A stretch of DNA of 64,000 nt, taken from NCBI GenBank assembly GCA_963765575.1, contig CAVXWZ010000001.1, positions 96,001-160,000 of the forward strand, read 5' to 3'. Both the position numbers and the translations under genes were made by a program. The stretch comes from an uncultured cyanobacterium. GTDB taxonomy: Bacteria; Cyanobacteriota; Cyanobacteriia; PCC-6307; Cyanobiaceae. Below the pieces are notes generated by a model that worked only from the letters and a program-made list of their open reading frames with translations, made no database searches and was not told the DNA's origin. Positions 59,199-64,000 of this stretch are shown here, piece after piece (position 1 is the stretch's first letter; each line of letters begins with the position of its first letter).

Positions 59199-60550
59199 AC
59201 CAACCGCGAGCCAGTGGCACGCTGGCGCTGCTGGGGATCGAACACCGCCGCGATCGTGCGGATCAGCCAGCGCCCTTCGCTGGTGACACGCACCTGGCCC
59301 AGGCCGTTGCGCTGGTTGAGCTCCACCAGGCCATCGCCGGCCAGTGCCTGCAGCTCGCTCCATTCCCGGCCGAAGCGTGCCAGCTCCAGGTCCACCCGGA
59401 AGTGGCACATCACCTCCTTGATCAGCTCCCGCCGCTCGAGCACATCGGCATCCCGCACCGCCACCCCCCGCTCCACCGGCAGCCGGCCACTGGCGACGGC
59501 AGCGGACCAGCGCCGGAGACTGCGCTCGTTCTGACAGGTGAGATGGGTGAACTGGCTGATGGCCGTGGGCCCCACGCCCAGCAGCTCCAGCTCACCGCCG
59601 GTGGTGTAGCCCTGGAAATTGCGGTGCAGGCTGCCGTCGCGGGCCGCCACGGCCAGGGAATCGCCGCTGAGGGCGTAGTGATCCATGCCGATGGCGTCAT
59701 AGCCGTGGCCCCTGAGTTGCCGGTTGGCGTTCTCCAGCATGGTGATGCGCTGTCGCTGGCTGGGCAGGTCGTCAGCGGCGATCTTGCGCTGCATCGGCAG
59801 CTGGGCCGGCAGGTAGGCGAAGGAAAACAGGGAGATGCGATCGGGCCGCAGCTCGCGCACCAGCTCCAGCGTGGTGTCAAAGCGCTCCGGGGTCTGCAGG
59901 GGCAGCCCGCAGATCAGATCCACGTTCACGCTCTCGAAGTCAGCCTCCCGCAGCCACTGCATGGAGCGCCGCAGCTGCTCAGCCGTCACCACCCGGTTCA
60001 CCGCCCGCTGCACGTCGGGATTGGCGTCCTGGATGCCGAAGCTGATGCGCTTGAAGCCCAGCTGGCGCAGCTGCAGGGCCTCGTCGCGGCTGAGCCATTC
60101 CGGATTCACCTCGATCGAGGCCTCCAGATCGGCGTCCAGGTCGAAGTGGCGCGCGATCAGCTGCCAGAGCTGGACCCGCTCCTCGGCGTTGAGGTAGTTG
60201 GGGGTGCCTCCACCCCAGTGCAGCTGGGCCACGCGGCGGCGCTGGGGCAGGGCCGCCGCCACCAGTTCCAGTTCCCGGGCCAGGCTCTTGAGATAGGGGG
60301 CCACCACCTTGGAGCCCAGCTGGGTGGTGATCCGGTTGCAGCCGCAGTACCAGCAGGCGTGGCGGCAGAAAGGAACGTGCACATAGAGCGACAGCGCTTC
60401 GCTGCCGGCCTGGGCGAGCTGGGAGCGCACCTCGGCTTCGCCCACGGCAGCGCTGAAGGCCGCGGCGGTGGGGTAACTGGTGTAGCGGGGGACTGGCCTG
60501 TCGTACTTGAGCAGCAGTTCGATCGGGCTGAGGGTGGTGGCGGTCATCAA
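59195..60550 (-). CDS. hemN: O2-independent coproporphyrinogen III oxidase
   Basis: PRYTSYPTA, HVPFCRHACWYCGC, GGGTP, RNFQGY. Confidence 0.95.
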   Translation of the reverse strand: MMTATTLSPIELLLKYDRPVPRYTSYPTAAAFSAAVGEAEVRSQLAQAGSEALSLYVHVPFCRHACWYCGCNRITTQLGSKVVAPYLKSLARELELVAAALPQRRRVAQLHWGGGTPNYLNAEERVQLWQLIARHFDLDADLEASIEVNPEWLSRDEALQLRQLGFKRISFGIQDANPDVQRAVNRVVTAEQLRRSMQWLREADFESVNVDLICGLPLQTPERFDTTLELVRELRPDRISLFSFAYLPAQLPMQRKIAADDLPSQRQRITMLENANRQLRGHGYDAIGMDHYALSGDSLAVAARDGSLHRNFQGYTTGGELELLGVGPTAISQFTHLTCQNERSLRRWSAAVASGRLPVERGVAVRDADVLERRELIKEVMCHFRVDLELARFGREWSELQALAGDGLVELNQRNGLGQVRVTSEGRWLIRTIAAVFDPQQRQRATGSRLV

Positions 60551-60641
60551 ACGGCGCTGGGTGGGCGGGCGTGGGTCGGCGGTGATTGGGCGGGGCGCGC
60601 CAGGCGGTGATGGGCGCGCCAGGCGGTGGGGGAGGTTGCGA

Positions 60642-61325
60642 TCAGCCCAGATGGCCCAGTTCGGCCAGGAGTTTCTGGGTGGCGTGGAAGCCGAGCACGG
60701 CCTCCTCGAGCAGCTCCTCCTCCTCGGCCTCGCTCAGGTCGAGCTGCTCGAAGGCCTCATGGAGGGCGTGCTTGAGCTCGGCGGTGGGGCGCGAAAAGTG
60801 CCAGAAGTCCAGCGGCGGCAGGCCATGGCTGGCAAGGATGGCGTTGGCCTGTTCAGCCAGTTGCTGGCCGCCCGAGAGGTCGCCGCCGTAGCGCACGTAG
60901 ACGTGGGCCATGAAGCGGTGTGGGGCCCGCTGGGCCAGCTTGCGCAGATGCGCGAGCCAGGCGGTGGCAGCCGCTGAGGGCGGGGTGGCCTCGATGGCGG
61001 CGAGCTTGGCGGCGTCGTGGCGCAGGGCCGTGGTGCGGGCCAGATCGCTCCAGGGCATTGACTCGGCGCCGAGGGCGGCGGCCAGCTCAGGTCCGCGCTC
61101 CTCGATCAGCTCATAGGCGGGCCCGAGGGCACGCAGCAGGGCGGCGAGTTGCACCGGGTGTGCCTGGCCGGCCAGCAGGGCCCGGGAGAAGTCCATGCCC
61201 TCGGCCTTGTGATGGGCGGCGCCGATGCGGGCGTGGAGTTTGCGCACCCGCGGTCCGAAGCCCTTGCGGGCGGCGGCATCGGTGGCGTGGGCGTGATCGG
61301 AGATGGAGGCGGGGGTGGCGGTCAC
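60642..61325 (-). CDS. Heme oxygenase (ho2-like by context)
   Basis: HHKAE, HVYVRYGGDLSGGQ, EEAVLGF. Confidence 0.88.
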   Translation of the reverse strand: MTATPASISDHAHATDAAARKGFGPRVRKLHARIGAAHHKAEGMDFSRALLAGQAHPVQLAALLRALGPAYELIEERGPELAAALGAESMPWSDLARTTALRHDAAKLAAIEATPPSAAATAWLAHLRKLAQRAPHRFMAHVYVRYGGDLSGGQQLAEQANAILASHGLPPLDFWHFSRPTAELKHALHEAFEQLDLSEAEEEELLEEAVLGFHATQKLLAELGHLG

Positions 61326-61412
61326 GGTGGGCGAGCGTTGGCTACGGTGACAACGCTATAACGCTACCGTTGAACAACAGATGGCTGCTTGGCGATTCGT
61401 CGCAATCGCAGC

Positions 61413-62429
61413 TCACGCCACGGCTGGCTGGGGGTCTCCGCTGGCCACCATCGGCTGGCAGAACTGGCGCAGCAGCAGGGCCCCGAACCGCAGGCTCAGC
61501 CCCAGCCGCCCCACGCCCCTGGCCTGCCTGAGCTCGCGGAAGCGGGCCACGATTCGATCGCGCAGCTCGAGATAGTGGCTGTTCTCCAGCTCAAAGACCG
61601 CTGGGAAGGCCCGGCGGGCGGTGCGGTTGGTCTGGCGCATCACCTCGGCATCGAACGCCGCCGGATCCAGCCCCAGGATCCGGTAGAAATCGCCGCGCTC
61701 ACACACCGTGAGGCTGTGGGTGAGAAACACGCTCCAGAGGAAGAAGCGACTGAGCAGCTGCCCCCGCAGCCCCCGGCGCAGCCCGGGCCAGCAGCGGATC
61801 AGCATGTTGAAGATGTCGCCGTGGCGGTTCTCGTCCTGGCACCAGGGCTCGAAGAAGTCGAACAGCGGCGCCACGCTGGTGCCCGGGTGTTCCTTGAGGT
61901 GCCGGTCGATGAGGATGTAGCGCCAGTAGCCGATCTTCTCCGAGAGATACACCGAATAGAGCACCCAGCTCAGCGGGAACCAGGTGATCGGTCGCTTGGT
62001 GCTCAGCTTGGGCAGGTCGATCTCGATCCCCTCGGCCACCAGGGCGCGGTTGATGAAGCCCGCGTGACGAGCTTCATCGCGCGCCATCAGCGCGAACAGT
62101 TCAGCCAGATCGCCGCGCCCGGCCTGGCCCAGACGGCGGGAGAGTTCCTTGAACAGCAGGAAACCGGAGAACTCCGAAACGCAGGAGCGCACCAGATAGC
62201 TCTCGTAGGCCTCTTTCTCCTCCGCGCTGAGGTGCTGAAGCCTGCCCAGCGGGGCCTTGCGATCGAAGTGCTCGCGGTTGTAGTCGGCCTTCATTTCGCC
62301 GAGCATGGCTTCGAACTGGGCCCGCTGCGCCTCGATCGGGGTGCGCGCCGCCTTCTCGATTTCGGTGGTGTAGAAGCGCGGCGTCAGCAGGTCTTCGCGC
62401 AGGTGCGGGGCGGCGGCAGTGGCGGTCAT
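61413..62429 (-). CDS. acsF: Mg-protoporphyrin IX monomethyl ester oxidative cyclase (chlAII-like by context)
   Basis: LLTPRFYTT, EFSGFLL, DEARHAGF, SEKIGYWRYI, DENRHGD. Confidence 0.95.
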   Translation of the reverse strand: MTATAAAPHLREDLLTPRFYTTEIEKAARTPIEAQRAQFEAMLGEMKADYNREHFDRKAPLGRLQHLSAEEKEAYESYLVRSCVSEFSGFLLFKELSRRLGQAGRGDLAELFALMARDEARHAGFINRALVAEGIEIDLPKLSTKRPITWFPLSWVLYSVYLSEKIGYWRYILIDRHLKEHPGTSVAPLFDFFEPWCQDENRHGDIFNMLIRCWPGLRRGLRGQLLSRFFLWSVFLTHSLTVCERGDFYRILGLDPAAFDAEVMRQTNRTARRAFPAVFELENSHYLELRDRIVARFRELRQARGVGRLGLSLRFGALLLRQFCQPMVASGDPQPAVA

Positions 62430-62438
62430 GGTCTTCGT

Positions 62439-62454
62439 ATCACGACATCGTGAT
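62439..62454. promoter_or_regulatory. Perfect 7-2-7 inverted repeat upstream of acsF
   Basis: ATCACGA-CA-TCGTGAT, 9 bp from the ATG; -10-like TAGCAT adjoining on the minus strand. Confidence 0.6.
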
Positions 62455-62667
62455 GCTATGGCATGCCAAGACCGGTGGAGATTCCGTTAAGGTGTGGTTG
62501 CCGAGCGCAGCCTGTCCATCAGCGCCTGCCGGGCTCCTCTCCCGCCTGCCGCGCTCCTTCCCTGCGGCCGTTAGGCCCGTCTGAGTCTCTGCTGACTCCT
62601 CTTCAAGCCTGCTCCAAGCCCCTCCTGCAGCCCCTCCTGCAGCCCCGATTCAGCCCATTAAGCCCCG

Positions 62668-62982
62668 ATGAAGCCTATGGAAGCCCTGGCCGACTATTTC
62701 AAGGTGTTTTCCGAGCCCAACCGCCTGGCGGTGCTCGACGCCCTGCGCCAGGGGCCCCTCAACGTCACCGCCGTGGTGGAGCGCACCGCGCTCAGCCAGG
62801 CCCTGGTGTCCAAGCACCTCAAGCTGCTCACCATCGCCGGGGTGGTGAAGCGGCGGCCGGAGGGCAGCCTGGTGTTCTACGAGGTGAGCGACAAGGCGGT
62901 GTTCCAGCTGATCAGCCAGGCCGAGAAGCACCTGCTGGCCGCCCGCCGGCAGCAACTCGATGCCCTGGCGGCCATTCTGTAG
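62668..62982 (+). CDS. ArsR/SmtB family regulator (no Cys)
   Basis: FKVFSEPNRL, SQALVSKHLKLL..AGVV.RR.EG..V.Y. Confidence 0.88.
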   Translation: MKPMEALADYFKVFSEPNRLAVLDALRQGPLNVTAVVERTALSQALVSKHLKLLTIAGVVKRRPEGSLVFYEVSDKAVFQLISQAEKHLLAARRQQLDALAAIL

Positions 62983-62984
62983 GG

Positions 62985-63641
62985 GTGATCAGTTCTCTGC
63001 CGGCCAATCTGCAGGAGCTGCGCCAGGCCCTCGCCGCCGGCCGCCAGCGCTTCCACGGGTTGCGGCTCGGCGACCTCGATGGGGTGGATCTCGACCTCTC
63101 GGGCTGCGAACTGCAGGACAGCTGCTTCAAGGAGGCTCGCTTCGGTCGCGCCTGCCTGCGCCAGGCCCGGGTGGACGGCTGCTGTTTCCAGCAGGCCCTG
63201 CTCTGGGGCGCCGACCTCTCGGGCCTGCAGGCGCGCGAATCGCAGTGGCACGAGGCCGATCTCTCCGGCTCGCGCCTGCAACAGGCCGACTTCTCCGCTG
63301 CCCTGCTGCACCGCACCTGCCTGCGGGGCGTGCTGGCGGCGGGCAGCCGCTGGTGTGATGCCCGCCTGGTGGAAGCCGACTTCCGCTCCGGCCTCGACCA
63401 GCTCACCGACCTGGGCGGGGCTGACTTCCAGCGCGCCGACCTCAGCTTCGCCCAGCTGCGGGGAGCCCAGCTGCGCGGCGCTGATCTGCGCGGCTGCTGC
63501 CTCTACGGCGCCGACCTGAGCGACACCGATCTGCAGGGCGCCGACCTGCGGGGCTGTGATCTGCGCGACACGCGCCTGGGTGGTGCCAACCTCACGGGGG
63601 CCAGGCTGGATGCGGCCCGGCTCCCCACCCCTATTTCCTGA
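62985..63641 (+). CDS. Pentapeptide repeat protein
   Basis: A(D/N)LxG repeats. Confidence 0.88.
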   Translation: MISSLPANLQELRQALAAGRQRFHGLRLGDLDGVDLDLSGCELQDSCFKEARFGRACLRQARVDGCCFQQALLWGADLSGLQARESQWHEADLSGSRLQQADFSAALLHRTCLRGVLAAGSRWCDARLVEADFRSGLDQLTDLGGADFQRADLSFAQLRGAQLRGADLRGCCLYGADLSDTDLQGADLRGCDLRDTRLGGANLTGARLDAARLPTPIS

Positions 63642-64000
63642 TGACCGAGAGCTTCGATCTGATCGTGCTGGGCGCCGGCTCCGGTGGCCTGGCGGCCGCC
63701 AAGCGCGCCGCGTCCCATGGCGCCCGGGTGGCGATCGTGGAGGGCGATCGCGTGGGCGGCACCTGCGTGATCCGCGGCTGTGTGCCCAAGAAATTGCTGG
63801 TGTACGGCTCCGCCTATGCCCATCTGCTGGCGGATGCCCCCAGCCACGGCTGGCCGGTGCCTCCGGTGCAGCCCGATCCGGCCACCCTGCTGCGGCACGT
63901 GCGGGCCGAGGTGGATCGCCTCAACGCACTGCACATCAGTTCCCTGGAGCGCGCCGGTGTGGAGCTGGTTTCGGGCTGGGGCCGCTTCAGCGATGCCCAC
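63641..64000 (+). CDS. gor: Glutathione reductase (5' part)
   Basis: MTESFDLIVLGAGSGG, GGTCVIRGCVPKK; runs off the window. Confidence 0.85.
   Translation, partial: MTESFDLIVLGAGSGGLAAAKRAASHGARVAIVEGDRVGGTCVIRGCVPKKLLVYGSAYAHLLADAPSHGWPVPPVQPDPATLLRHVRAEVDRLNALHISSLERAGVELVSGWGRFSDAH

Noticed and set aside
59171..59207. Repeat at the hemN end as an att site
   Set aside because: A simple 14-bp tandem duplication of the stop region with no partner copy.
62605..62690. AGCCCC-periodic repeats as a CRISPR or operator array
   Set aside because: Short degenerate 12-bp tandem units with no spacers or cas genes; likely slippage.

Overview
High-GC picocyanobacterial DNA (Cyanobium / Synechococcus subcluster 5.2-like, inferred from the cpcB, hli, ndhL, acsF, SLH porin and picocyanobacterial-type amt genes). 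About 1-11 kb is an accessory region: a formylglycine-generating enzyme, small membrane proteins, two MscS channels and a beta-barrel-like protein. Its first 2.5 kb carries many frameshifts that are probably sequencing errors. About 11.3-33.7 kb is a metal-homeostasis supercluster: futC-futA-porin-futB, hupE, a COG0523 GTPase, zur, an uncharacterised permease/TIGR03943/large membrane-anchored protein operon, znuA, mntCAB, ferritin-feoB, feoA, queD, hisIE, znuCB and a Zn peptidase. It contains two near-identical Zur-type boxes, plus a third related box upstream of a 51-aa Cys-rich ORF. After it come a group-2 sigma factor, GNAT plus a Nif11-cupin fusion, a cytochrome c6-like gene and a decayed SBP-MscS operon. 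Then follow trpA (one-base frameshift), DUF3007 and ndhL, an atypical short-variable-arm tRNA-Leu(UAA) with encoded CCA, K+/Ca2+ transporters, hli, pirin and GST. The last part holds an orphan cpcB, a non-canonical PII divergent from amt with an NtcA-type promoter, the acsF-ho-hemN low-oxygen tetrapyrrole operon with a perfect palindrome facing an ArsR gene, and the start of gor. No CRISPR array, integrase or transposase was seen. Product calls come from motif recognition by eye, not from database searches.
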